A stretch of DNA of 64,000 nt from a virus, in the IMG/VR virus record IMGVR_UViG_3300037311_000293; one strand, given 5' to 3'. Below, in pieces: positions 28,615 to 37,771 of this stretch. Numbering within the stretch: the first letter of the stretch is position 1; each line of letters opens with the position of its first letter. Position numbers and translations under genes: made by a program. Below the pieces are notes generated by a model. It was not told where the DNA came from, ran no database searches, and worked only from the letters and a program-made list of their open reading frames with translations.

Positions 28615-29757
28615 TTACTCGAGTAGAACTTTCTGAGACAGGATTCGCTGTAGAGCCTGGATCCACGCCGGTGAGGGAGAGGCTACCATAGCACCCCCGA
28701 CTACGGTCACTGGCCATACGGCTGACGACAGCAGTTGCACGAGCTCGCGTCCCTTGACGGCTGGGTTCGACGCCGACTCGCTGGCCAGCTTGACCTGAGA
28801 GCCGCCGATTACGTGTACACGAGAGGCGATCTGTTTGATTCCACGATCAGATCGAAGCTCTACGTTACCTTTCACCCTTACGGTCTGATCCCCGTCGACA
28901 TCGAGCACGTCGTTACCGGTGACGGTAACGGTACGATCAGCGCCGATGACCTCGGTCTTTGTACCATCGGTAGTGATGATCAGAGAATAGACTTCGTTCT
29001 CGACCTCGCCGGTATCGCGGTCAATGCCCTTGGGGGCGATGTGTACTTGCCAAGCCGTCTTGGTACCTCCGGGCGCGGCAAGTGGGAAATGACTGACGCG
29101 GACAGAAGCCTTCGCGTCTTGAGCGAACTCGTTGACGTGGAACACGTAGGACGCCGGAGCGTCGCCGCTGGGATCGTCCTCCTGACGCGCCACGGTCCAG
29201 GAGACATCTCCGCCGAAAGTCGAGAGCTCGTAGTTCTCTGCGAAGTCCTTGATGTAGTTCAAGACCGGAATGTAGATCCGTTGCGACAACGGAGTGCTTC
29301 CGATCTGAAGAACACCACCGCGCTTGAGGATGAGGAAGTTCTCGTCTCGAGTCGTGATGGCGATGTCGCCCGGGTTCAACTGCGGGCGCCGAGAACGAAA
29401 GCTCACGTCCGTAGCAGAGCCCTCCGCGGCAGCCGTAGAGCGTTCCGGACCTTCTTCTTCGTTCAGCGTCTGCAACGTCGACGCAGCGCCGAGATACCCC
29501 ATGATGAACGGCGGAGTGTTGTCGCTGGGGAAAGCGATCAAACAGATCGCACCGACCTCGGGGAGATGGTGAATGCCCTCGCCGCTGGAGAAGTGATGGT
29601 AAGGCGACATCACTTGGATGTCTTCGACCGTCTTGCCGCTGTGTCTCGTATCCACGCGCACCGTGAAGGTCTTACGGTTCACGTCCGTGATCACGCCTTC
29701 TTCGCAGCGGAAGTAGGAGTAGCGGTTGTGCGACGGTGCGCCTTCTGTACGTGCCAT
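28615..29757 (-). CDS. Baseplate central spike (gp5/VgrG-like OB-fold plus beta-helix)
   Basis: N-terminal GVITDVNRKTFTVRV...HLPEVGAICLIAF...PFIMGYL OB fold; C-terminal RTVTVTGNDVLDVDGDQTVRVKGN repeats; ATG overlaps the RNAP stop (TAATG). Confidence 0.75.
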   Translation of the reverse strand: MARTEGAPSHNRYSYFRCEEGVITDVNRKTFTVRVDTRHSGKTVEDIQVMSPYHHFSSGEGIHHLPEVGAICLIAFPSDNTPPFIMGYLGAASTLQTLNEEEGPERSTAAAEGSATDVSFRSRRPQLNPGDIAITTRDENFLILKRGGVLQIGSTPLSQRIYIPVLNYIKDFAENYELSTFGGDVSWTVARQEDDPSGDAPASYVFHVNEFAQDAKASVRVSHFPLAAPGGTKTAWQVHIAPKGIDRDTGEVENEVYSLIITTDGTKTEVIGADRTVTVTGNDVLDVDGDQTVRVKGNVELRSDRGIKQIASRVHVIGGSQVKLASESASNPAVKGRELVQLLSSAVWPVTVVGGAMVASPSPAWIQALQRILSQKVLLE

Positions 29758-32700
29758 TACGACCTCTTCAGCGGAGCGGCCGTACCCCAAGGTTTGGCGT
29801 CCGGCCCGGCGCCGACTGTAACACCTACAGCCAGAGCTGGGATCGGGTGCGGACCGGCCACCGAGGAACGCTGACCCGTCTGTGCGGCAGTCATCAAGTT
29901 CTGGCCCAGGCGCTCGCCCTGAAGGCGCGCCATCCAGTCGGTCTGACGACGCAGTGGGTTCTCCTTGGTCGGCACCAGCATCGATTCGTAGCGGATGGGC
30001 TTCTTCCCGTGGAGCACCGTACGGTTGACCTCGTCGATGACGGACTTCTGTACGGTGTCGCCGCGGATGTAGCTACCGTGGTCACCGGGATCTGTGATGC
30101 GAACGATACCAGTGGCGCTGCGTACCGCGAGCTCGACGTGACGACGAAGCACGCCTTCGCGGCCGTAGATGGTTCCGACGCGATCGACCATGTGAGACTG
30201 GACTGCATCCAGACCCTTGGTCTTCAGAAGATCGTGGATGTTGGCCTCACCAGCCGTCAGCTTTTCGCCGCGCTCGACCATCACACCTGGGCGAATGTGA
30301 GGCATCGGCTTCTGCCGCGTCTTGATCGGCGTCGTCTTGCCCTCAAGCACGATGGCCCACCCGCCTTGCTGGAGCTCGCGGACTGAAACCACCTTTCCGG
30401 CCCGGGGCGCCAGAGCTGCGTCTTCGCGGCCGGGCTTTGCCGCGTCGAACAACCGCTGCACCTCTTCGAACTCAGATACCGACTGGCCTGCGGTGCTGAC
30501 GATGCCGCCGCCATGCGTTTGCTTCAGCATGATCTGAGCAGCGCGTTCACCAAGGGCTTGCGCCGCGATGAGACCGACATTCTCACCAGAGCGATACTCC
30601 GCACCGTTGGGGTGGATACCCATGCACTTCGAGCACACGCCCTGCGGCATGCGGCACTTCAATGGACTTCGGACCACGAAACGATCGATGCGGCTTTCCT
30701 TCGCCTTGGCCAGCATGTCGGGAGTCACGACGGCACCAGCGGGGTAGGTGTGCCCGCCGAGCGTGACAGGTTGAGCCAAGTGACGATCGACCACGTCCTT
30801 GTCGGCTACGGACAACGCCATCCCCTGCTGGGTGCCGCAATCGTCGCCAGAGATCGCCTGATCGATGTTGCTTTGCACCAGCAGCTTGGACATGTAGCCG
30901 GGCTTACGAACCGAATCCGTCTTCTGAATCACACCACGGCGAGCACCGGCGGCCTGTAGGAAGTAGCCGCCGAGATCGACACCCTCAGCAAAGCTCTTGG
31001 TCACCGGCACACGAGACGGCTTCCCCAGATGATCCTCTACCAGCATCGGAGCCATGATCAGGCCCTGGAACTGCTCACGCTTGGCCTTGATGCCAGAGCC
31101 CAAGGGAGCAGGGGCCATGTCGCTGACGTTCGTGGGCTTGGCCGCGAGCATCTTGTTGTAGACGTCGTGAATCCGACGCGTCGCCGCCAACCACTTGTCC
31201 GTCGCCTGATCGCTATTCAACGAGGCAACGTCCTTCTTCGTCTCCGAAATGATCTTGTCGCGCTCTCGACGAAGCGGCTCGATGTCCTGAAGCGACACCG
31301 TATGCCCAGACTCGTATGCCATCTGGAATCCCAGGCGGCTCATCCCATCGACTACCTCGACGAAGTGCTTGGGCTGCGTCTTGGCGACATCCTTGAGGAT
31401 CTTCTCCTGGTACTTACGGTCCAGCGGCTTGCTGAGATTCGTGAGGATGTCGGAGCGGTACTTCTCCGGAACGATGAAGGCCATGCGAAGCCGCCCGAGC
31501 GTCGTGTTGCCGACGTTCTTGACGTGGATCTCATCGTTCAGATTGATCCTGTTCTCTCGGAACGCCTTCTCGGCTTCGTCCTTGCTGGCGAAGGTCCCAC
31601 TGCGCTTCCCACGAGGAATCGACATCCGATACAGCGACAGCGCTGCTTCATTGGCCGGAGCGAAGATCACATCACCCGACGCTTCTGAGATGGTACGCGC
31701 GGACGGAAGAATCCGGTGTGCTTCGTCTACGGCCTCCCGAGTGAGAGGAACCATGAGGGCGACGGTGTCACCGTCGATGTCGCCGCCGATCGGAGGAAGA
31801 ATCAGGGGGCTCACCTTGATGGCGGGATCGTCGGTCAGTCGGATGCGCTGAGCCACCAAGCCGTATTGATGAAGCACGGGGTCACGCTTCATCAGCACCG
31901 GGCGCGTCTCCACTTCCTTCTCGAGGGCCTTGATGGCCATCGGGTGCTTCTCGGAGATCATACGTTGCGCCATGTCCGGTCGAACGCGCGCAGCGAGTAG
32001 ACGCTGAGCGACCATGGGGCGCATGAGCTCGAGGGCGATCTTCTTTGGTACACCCATCTCGTCAACACTGAGATTGGGGTCGACAACGATGGTGGCTCGA
32101 GCAGTGTAGTCCTGCTTCTTCGCGATCATCTTGTCTTGGAAGAAGCCATCCTTGGGCTTCTCACCAGAGATCATATGGATGATTCCGGGGAGCGTCTTGT
32201 CCGGATTCTCTTTGGTCCCACGCATGTCCAAGTCGAGAGCCTTCTTCCCCTTCGGCGTCGTACCAAGAAGGTTCTGGAGCTCCTGGTACAGGCCGGCACG
32301 CGTATCCAGCGTGTTGTTGTACGGGACCTTGCCCTCGCCCTTGGCCAGCGACTCATTCACCATCCCGAGACGCTTGTACAACGCGTTGAGCGGATTGTTC
32401 TTGATCGTACCGTCGGGCAGCGTGGTCTGCGGACGGAAGACCGGAGGAAGTACCGGCACGGCCTGGATTGTCCAGGCCTCTGCGGGGGTCTTCTTGGCCT
32501 CCTTCAGTGTGAGGAGCGTCTTGTACTTGAAGTTCAGCTTGTTGAGCGTCGCGCCCTTGGTCTTGGGGTCGTTGATCTCCGCAAGAGTAGCCTTCAGCGC
32601 CTTGTCGAGATCGACCTTGGCGAGTGCTGCCTTGATCCCCTTGCCGCCGTAGAGGCCACCCGGAAGGGTTTTCTTACCCTCGACGATCGCCGGAATGTCG

Positions 32701-35700
32701 GCCTCGGAGATACCGAGGGTGTGTGCGATGGCGCGCGAGAACACCGGGTTGGGCATCGGCTCTACGAGCTCGATGTGCCCCCAATGGGTACCCGTGGGTC
32801 CGCCGGTGACGTAGGGGTCGAAGATACCACCGGGTTCGGGCTTGTCGTCCTTGCCTCGGATCGAGCGCGTCGGGCGCTTGATGACGCCACGACTAAGACC
32901 TCGGGTCTCTGCGTCGCTTCGGGGCATCAGACGGATCTCAGCCCCGTTCTTCTGAACGTCCAGACCAAGTCCCGTCAGCATGGCCTCGAACTTCTTGAAC
33001 ACGAACGGGATACGGGGCGCCGGGATGCGCTCACCGTTTGTCAGCGCACCCCAGACCTCTCGGGCCTGCGGCTGGTCGGACTTCAGAGTCTGCATCTCAC
33101 GCAGATTGTCCTTGAGCCCGGCTGCGAGAGCGGCGTAGACGCCAAGAGAGCCGATGCTCTGCGCACCGGTGTGGTCTCCGCCCTTGGGGACTTTGGTGTC
33201 GGTGTCGTAATGAATCTTTGGAGCGCCGTACTGCGTAACGATGGAGTCGTAGCCGCCACCACGGACATGCGTCTTCTTGTCGATCTGATGCTCGAGCTGG
33301 AAGGCGTAGTGCGGACCGGTCATCACCTCACCGAGCTTCCGACCGGTCTTCGGGTCGTACAGCGTCTCGGTGTCCTTGATGCCGTGCTTCTTGAGCTCGT
33401 CTTGGACCTTCTTGAGGTAGTCGACTCCACCCTGGAAGTTCTTCACCAGGTACGTCTTACCCGTCTTGTCCGCGATCTTGCCTGCCGCGGTCTCGAGAAG
33501 CTGACCCGGATTCATACGACCCGGGACGGATACGGGGTTGATGAGCATCTCGACGGGCTTGCCCTTGCCGTCTACGGGCATCTCCTTGTCGTCCAAGATC
33601 GAGGTCACAATACCCTTCGCGCTGTGCCGCGTAGAGATCTTCGACCCGATCTGAGCAGGCTCTACCGTGCGGACATGTACGACGACGTTCTTGCCCACAC
33701 GTTCCGCACGGATGACCTCACCCTCGTACTCGCTGTCCCAAATCATCGTGGCGTTGTTGAATCGGTTGCGGAGGCGCTTTCCGATCTTGTACTTCGCCGT
33801 GATGTCGGACGATCCTGGAGTCTGTGATTCGTTGAGCGCAAGAACGAGAGGATCGCCAGGACGAACGCGCGTACCAGGACGCACGATACCGTCGTCTCCG
33901 ATGTGCTTGAGCTTGTCGTTTCCGTAGACCGCTGGCTTAGCGATCAGAAACTCCTTCTTTCCGATACGGTGTGTGTCCGTCACAAGCATCGAAGGCTTGT
34001 ACAGATGTTCGGATGCCAGACGCTGAGCCGCGCTGGCCGAGATCACAATACCGTCTTCGTGGTTCGACCCATTGGCCAGGTAAGCCGTGCGCAGATTGGT
34101 CCCGAGGGCCAGTGTGCCGTCCTTGGTGAAGTTGTTGTCGGCGACGAGCTGCCCAGCGCGCACCTTCTGTCCGGGCTTCACCGTGGGGTGGGAGTGGAGC
34201 TCGCCCTTGTCGTGGTTCGTTGGATAGTGGTGGTAGAGCGGGACGCTGTGCGCCTTGCCATCTGCGTCTTGGATCGTGATGGCGTCCTCCGTGACGGACT
34301 TCACTACGCCGTCGACAGGGGCTTTGTGCGCCAGGAAGCCACCACCAATGAGTCCTTCGAACGTCTTCCCCGCCCCGGCCTCCACCTGAACCTTCGGGGG
34401 TTCCCGGCCCACGACACTGATGGCCTGGGCCATGTGACGCGCCGACATCGTAGAACGACCAGCGGAGTCGTTCTGCATGAAGGGAACCAAGTTCGTTTCG
34501 ATGGCAAAAACCTGAGACGCATTCGGCATCACGTAGTCCGCCTTGGTCCACGGGATGTCGTCTCGCATGTGCCCGCTGCCGTCGGACATACGCACTGCCT
34601 TACCAAGGGGCTGGGGCTTTCCTGCCTTCCACTTCACCTGATCGGGGAGGATCACATTGCTCACCGCAGCCGTCGCGGCGTCGACATCTTCGAACTTCCC
34701 GGTCTTCAGATTGTAGAGACGGACGTGCGGTTTGCGATCGCGAATCTCAACACCGAACGCAAGATGAGTGTTGACGCCGGCATTGGACTCCGGAGTGAAC
34801 ACGGGATCCAAGAAGCCGAGATGACTGGGATCGAGGGCGGTGTTCGACTTCGACAACGCATGCTGGTTCTGGATACCGCCAGGACCAGCGATGGTGACCA
34901 TGCTGTGATCCGCCAGCATTGCCAGCGGATTGGTTTGCTTGCCGTTCGAAGCCAACGATGTCGTGAAGGCGTGAAACAACGGCTTCTGCAAGAGGTCGGG
35001 CATGACGACGTCACGAAGCACCGATGCATCGCCGGACATCAGACGCTGCTGCACCTTTGGGCGCCCGAGTACCTGTTGAATGCGGCGTTGAATCTCCGGG
35101 GAAGCCTTCTCCAAGCGATCTGCAAAGTGATCCTTGGCCGTCCACAGCTCCTTGTATCGAAGACTGTCGATGGGGTCGGGCTCCGCACGCTTCGCCGCGA
35201 CGTCGAGCAGCTTCGTAGCGGCACGGAACAGAACATCACCGTTCACTTGCTCGGACTTCACCCCGACGTTGGCGTGCGCCACTGCGGGGTCCATCTTGGT
35301 CCCTTCGAAGATGGCACGGGTCTCGAGCAGCAGATTCGTCTTTGGCCCCGGAGGCTCCTTGCGCCAGGTCTCGTAGAGCGATCGAAGATCTTTGTCCAAG
35401 TTGGACTTCGCCTTGGACGCCTTGAAGGCATCCTCGCCCCACGACGCCTTCATCTTCTCGTCAGGCACACCCAGAGCGTGGAGCACGGAGTACAGAGGGA
35501 TCTTTCGGTTACCCACCTTCATGTGGAGGTAACCGCTCATGTCCATCTGCATGTCGAAGCTGCGCCCCTTGGCGAGCTGAAACTGGGCCTCGAACTCTCC
35601 GGCACGCTCGGTGGCCTTGACGTAAACACCCGGGCGAAGACGCCACTGGTTCGAGATGAACTTCTCTTGACCGCCAACGATGTAGCTGTACTGCCGGGTC

Positions 35701-35990
35701 AACTTGGGGATCTTGGCTAGCTGGGCCTTACGGCTAGTCAGCACCTTTCCCGAGCCGGTGTCTACGACCTCGACGACGCCGGTCAGGGAAGCAGCCCACG
35801 ACCGCCCTTCCAGCTTCGCTTTGAACTGGTCGTGGATGTCGTCGACACCCAAACGATCGTCGACCTGTAGGTCGCGTACGCGCACCTCGAGGCGTCCAGT
35901 GCGGTCCTTCACGGGGAAGGTCGACTCGATCTGCCCGATGAGCTGCTGCTTGAGCTCGTCGAACTGGCGATGGGGGTCCGATGTCAGCAC
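29757..35990 (-). CDS. rpoBC: Fused beta-beta' multisubunit RNA polymerase (single polypeptide)
   Basis: 2077 aa. Beta motifs: GFLDPVFTPES, LVPFMQNDSAGR, NHEDGIVIS, GSKISTRHSAKG, NPVSVPGRMNPGQ, LREMQTLKSD. Beta' motifs: GHIEL, PVLPPVFRP, KKQDYTARATI, KRDPVLH, GGDIDGD, RSPLKC..VCSKC, IAAQALGE. Confidence 0.95.
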   Translation of the reverse strand: MLTSDPHRQFDELKQQLIGQIESTFPVKDRTGRLEVRVRDLQVDDRLGVDDIHDQFKAKLEGRSWAASLTGVVEVVDTGSGKVLTSRKAQLAKIPKLTRQYSYIVGGQEKFISNQWRLRPGVYVKATERAGEFEAQFQLAKGRSFDMQMDMSGYLHMKVGNRKIPLYSVLHALGVPDEKMKASWGEDAFKASKAKSNLDKDLRSLYETWRKEPPGPKTNLLLETRAIFEGTKMDPAVAHANVGVKSEQVNGDVLFRAATKLLDVAAKRAEPDPIDSLRYKELWTAKDHFADRLEKASPEIQRRIQQVLGRPKVQQRLMSGDASVLRDVVMPDLLQKPLFHAFTTSLASNGKQTNPLAMLADHSMVTIAGPGGIQNQHALSKSNTALDPSHLGFLDPVFTPESNAGVNTHLAFGVEIRDRKPHVRLYNLKTGKFEDVDAATAAVSNVILPDQVKWKAGKPQPLGKAVRMSDGSGHMRDDIPWTKADYVMPNASQVFAIETNLVPFMQNDSAGRSTMSARHMAQAISVVGREPPKVQVEAGAGKTFEGLIGGGFLAHKAPVDGVVKSVTEDAITIQDADGKAHSVPLYHHYPTNHDKGELHSHPTVKPGQKVRAGQLVADNNFTKDGTLALGTNLRTAYLANGSNHEDGIVISASAAQRLASEHLYKPSMLVTDTHRIGKKEFLIAKPAVYGNDKLKHIGDDGIVRPGTRVRPGDPLVLALNESQTPGSSDITAKYKIGKRLRNRFNNATMIWDSEYEGEVIRAERVGKNVVVHVRTVEPAQIGSKISTRHSAKGIVTSILDDKEMPVDGKGKPVEMLINPVSVPGRMNPGQLLETAAGKIADKTGKTYLVKNFQGGVDYLKKVQDELKKHGIKDTETLYDPKTGRKLGEVMTGPHYAFQLEHQIDKKTHVRGGGYDSIVTQYGAPKIHYDTDTKVPKGGDHTGAQSIGSLGVYAALAAGLKDNLREMQTLKSDQPQAREVWGALTNGERIPAPRIPFVFKKFEAMLTGLGLDVQKNGAEIRLMPRSDAETRGLSRGVIKRPTRSIRGKDDKPEPGGIFDPYVTGGPTGTHWGHIELVEPMPNPVFSRAIAHTLGISEADIPAIVEGKKTLPGGLYGGKGIKAALAKVDLDKALKATLAEINDPKTKGATLNKLNFKYKTLLTLKEAKKTPAEAWTIQAVPVLPPVFRPQTTLPDGTIKNNPLNALYKRLGMVNESLAKGEGKVPYNNTLDTRAGLYQELQNLLGTTPKGKKALDLDMRGTKENPDKTLPGIIHMISGEKPKDGFFQDKMIAKKQDYTARATIVVDPNLSVDEMGVPKKIALELMRPMVAQRLLAARVRPDMAQRMISEKHPMAIKALEKEVETRPVLMKRDPVLHQYGLVAQRIRLTDDPAIKVSPLILPPIGGDIDGDTVALMVPLTREAVDEAHRILPSARTISEASGDVIFAPANEAALSLYRMSIPRGKRSGTFASKDEAEKAFRENRINLNDEIHVKNVGNTTLGRLRMAFIVPEKYRSDILTNLSKPLDRKYQEKILKDVAKTQPKHFVEVVDGMSRLGFQMAYESGHTVSLQDIEPLRRERDKIISETKKDVASLNSDQATDKWLAATRRIHDVYNKMLAAKPTNVSDMAPAPLGSGIKAKREQFQGLIMAPMLVEDHLGKPSRVPVTKSFAEGVDLGGYFLQAAGARRGVIQKTDSVRKPGYMSKLLVQSNIDQAISGDDCGTQQGMALSVADKDVVDRHLAQPVTLGGHTYPAGAVVTPDMLAKAKESRIDRFVVRSPLKCRMPQGVCSKCMGIHPNGAEYRSGENVGLIAAQALGERAAQIMLKQTHGGGIVSTAGQSVSEFEEVQRLFDAAKPGREDAALAPRAGKVVSVRELQQGGWAIVLEGKTTPIKTRQKPMPHIRPGVMVERGEKLTAGEANIHDLLKTKGLDAVQSHMVDRVGTIYGREGVLRRHVELAVRSATGIVRITDPGDHGSYIRGDTVQKSVIDEVNRTVLHGKKPIRYESMLVPTKENPLRRQTDWMARLQGERLGQNLMTAAQTGQRSSVAGPHPIPALAVGVTVGAGPDAKPWGTAAPLKRS

Positions 35991-35996
35991 AGCGGC

Positions 35997-36026
35997 AGTC
36001 TACTTCCCCCTCAAGAAAAGGGTCAA
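35997..36026 (-). promoter_or_regulatory. Sigma70-like promoter TTGACC-N18-TAGACT, leaderless RNAP mRNA predicted
   Basis: The -10 hexamer ends exactly 6 nt before GTG 35990; same geometry at 46233-46262. Confidence 0.6.
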
Positions 36027-36032
36027 CGCGCG

Positions 36033-36046
36033 CCTATCAGTAAGTG
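36033..36046 (+). promoter_or_regulatory. 14-bp motif CCTATCAGTAAGTG
   Basis: Perfect repeat at 46268-46281; both copies sit at divergent operon junctions. Confidence 0.65.
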
Positions 36047-36208
36047 ATGGCCTCTATGCCCGATCCAAAGCAACCGAGAAGCGAAATACCCGATTCCATC
36101 ACGGACTTCGAACGCTCTCTATCCGAGGCGCTGTACGCAAACCTCGACGAACAAGACGAACAGGAAGAGGACGATACCGAATGCTCTCCATCTTCGGATG
36201 GTCAATGA
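36047..36208 (+). CDS. Small acidic protein (53 aa, below the ORF-track cutoff)
   Basis: ATG immediately after the motif; MASMPDPKQPRSEIPDSITDFERSLSEALYANLDEQDEQEEDD... Confidence 0.45.
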   Translation: MASMPDPKQPRSEIPDSITDFERSLSEALYANLDEQDEQEEDDTECSPSSDGQ

Positions 36209-36285
36209 TCTCCGGGTTCATCCTCGGCGTGATCGACGCAATCAACACTAGCCGCGCATGGCGCTGGCTCAGAGGATGGCAATGA
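36181..36285 (+). CDS. Small membrane peptide (34 aa)
   Basis: MLSIFGWSMISGFILGVIDAINTSRAWRWLRGWQ; AGGA RBS; TGA overlaps the next ATG. Confidence 0.45.
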   Translation: MLSIFGWSMISGFILGVIDAINTSRAWRWLRGWQ

Positions 36286-36647
36286 AAACCAAGGCACACG
36301 TGGATCTTCATCCACACGACGAAGACGAGACATCCTTCGACGACATGACGCCGAACTGTCATGCGTGCGACACCGAGCCCGTGGGCGTCGTCACCGAGGT
36401 CTATCTCGTCGTCAAAGGGATGCTGTTCCCCAGCTCGGAATACGACGTCCCGGTGTTCATTCCGGATCCCGACGTGAGAATGACGGTGCTCACGATGCCG
36501 AATGGGCAACTGGGGATCGTCACCGACCAAAGCATCACGAAGTACATGCACGCAGAGTGTTTGGATCAGCTCGTGAACGAAGCGGGTTCAACGTTCTGGG
36601 AAGACGCGGAAGAAGAGGAAGAGGAAGAGGAAGAGGACGACGAATGA
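36282..36647 (+). CDS. Zinc-finger-like protein with acidic tail
   Basis: CHAC...HAEC ligands; poly-E tail; ATGA overlaps at both ends. Confidence 0.65.
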   Translation: MKTKAHVDLHPHDEDETSFDDMTPNCHACDTEPVGVVTEVYLVVKGMLFPSSEYDVPVFIPDPDVRMTVLTMPNGQLGIVTDQSITKYMHAECLDQLVNEAGSTFWEDAEEEEEEEEEDDE

Positions 36648-37771
36648 GCTACGGGTATCTACAGGCGAAGATCCTAGTGGGCCGTGAACTGAAGGCGCAA
36701 CACTCTCTGGCGGGCAAGACGGCGTCTGCGCTGAACGTGCCCCTCCTTCTGGGGCCGGTAGGGGGCGGTAAGACCGCCCTGGCTCGTGGGATGGCCGAAG
36801 AGCACGCAATGTTCTACGCCCCCATCAACAGCGGGGAGAACAGCGACCCCACGGATGTCGCGGGCGTTCCCGTGCCCAGCATGATCCGCTCCCTTCTCCG
36901 TGACGGTACGAGCTCCGAGAAGGCAGACGCCCGCGGCCAATACATGGAGTGGGTCCTCAATCGCTACGCCACCATGGCGTGTTCGGAGCCCGTGTTTCTG
37001 TTCTTCGACGACCTCGACAAGGCGCCGCCGAAGGTCCAAGGCGCTCTCCTCGGGATCACGGGGAACAGGATGTTCCGCGATCGCCCGCTGCATCCCGGTA
37101 CGCTGCTGATGGGTGCTGGGAACCGTATCGATGATGACGCGTACGCCAACGAGATCAGCGAGTCGTTGCGTACGCGCATGACCATCATCGAGATGGTTCC
37201 TGATGTGCGTTCCTTCTCGCTGTATGGCACACAGACCGGTGAGATCAACCCGGCGTTCTTGGGCTACCTGCAATGGAAACCCGAACACCTCCACAAGTGG
37301 CAAGACGGCGTGAACCGCTTCCCCACACCGCGTGGGTGGTGGGAGGCGTCGAAGCAAACCGAGCTGTTCCCCGACCCGTTCGAGGATGTCTTCGGTAACG
37401 GCGTCGCCGAGAACTGGAAGGGGATCGTAGCCCGTAAACTCGGCGACCCCGTGGCCAATGACTTCTGGGCGTGGTTCGAGATCATCTCGAAGGTCGACGT
37501 CCAAGGAATCTTGATCAACGGAACGCTCCCAGTACTCGCCGATCCAAAGAAAACGCGCATGACTCAGTTCGCCTGTGTGTATGCCGTGTCTCAGGTTCTC
37601 AACAAGGACGGCGTATCGAAGAAGCACACGGGACTTGCTGTCCTTGTCGACAGCCTTGAGGCCGACATGCGCGTGGCCTTTCTGGTCCAGCTCTCCGGCA
37701 AGCTCAGGGCGGACATCGCGAAGCTCTTCCCACACGTCGCAAGCACAGTGATGAAGGATCTGGTTGGATGA
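36644..37771 (+). CDS. MoxR-type AAA+ ATPase
   Basis: Start ATG 36644; Walker A GPVGGGKT, Walker B FLFFDDLDKA, GAGN, SLRTR, PTPRGW. Confidence 0.85.
   Translation: MSYGYLQAKILVGRELKAQHSLAGKTASALNVPLLLGPVGGGKTALARGMAEEHAMFYAPINSGENSDPTDVAGVPVPSMIRSLLRDGTSSEKADARGQYMEWVLNRYATMACSEPVFLFFDDLDKAPPKVQGALLGITGNRMFRDRPLHPGTLLMGAGNRIDDDAYANEISESLRTRMTIIEMVPDVRSFSLYGTQTGEINPAFLGYLQWKPEHLHKWQDGVNRFPTPRGWWEASKQTELFPDPFEDVFGNGVAENWKGIVARKLGDPVANDFWAWFEIISKVDVQGILINGTLPVLADPKKTRMTQFACVYAVSQVLNKDGVSKKHTGLAVLVDSLEADMRVAFLVQLSGKLRADIAKLFPHVASTVMKDLVG

Noticed and set aside
213-29757. Extracellular contractile injection system or tailocin interpretation of the tube, sheath and spike
   Set aside because: Capsid, protease, portal, terminase and a full replisome are in the same window, so this is a bona fide phage
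29757-35990. Bacterial rpoBC locus or chimeric assembly
   Set aside because: No flanking ribosomal-protein genes; motifs are strongly diverged; the stop overlaps a phage spike start codon
36607-36640. (GAGGAA)n tandem repeat
   Set aside because: It simply encodes the poly-Glu tail of the protein
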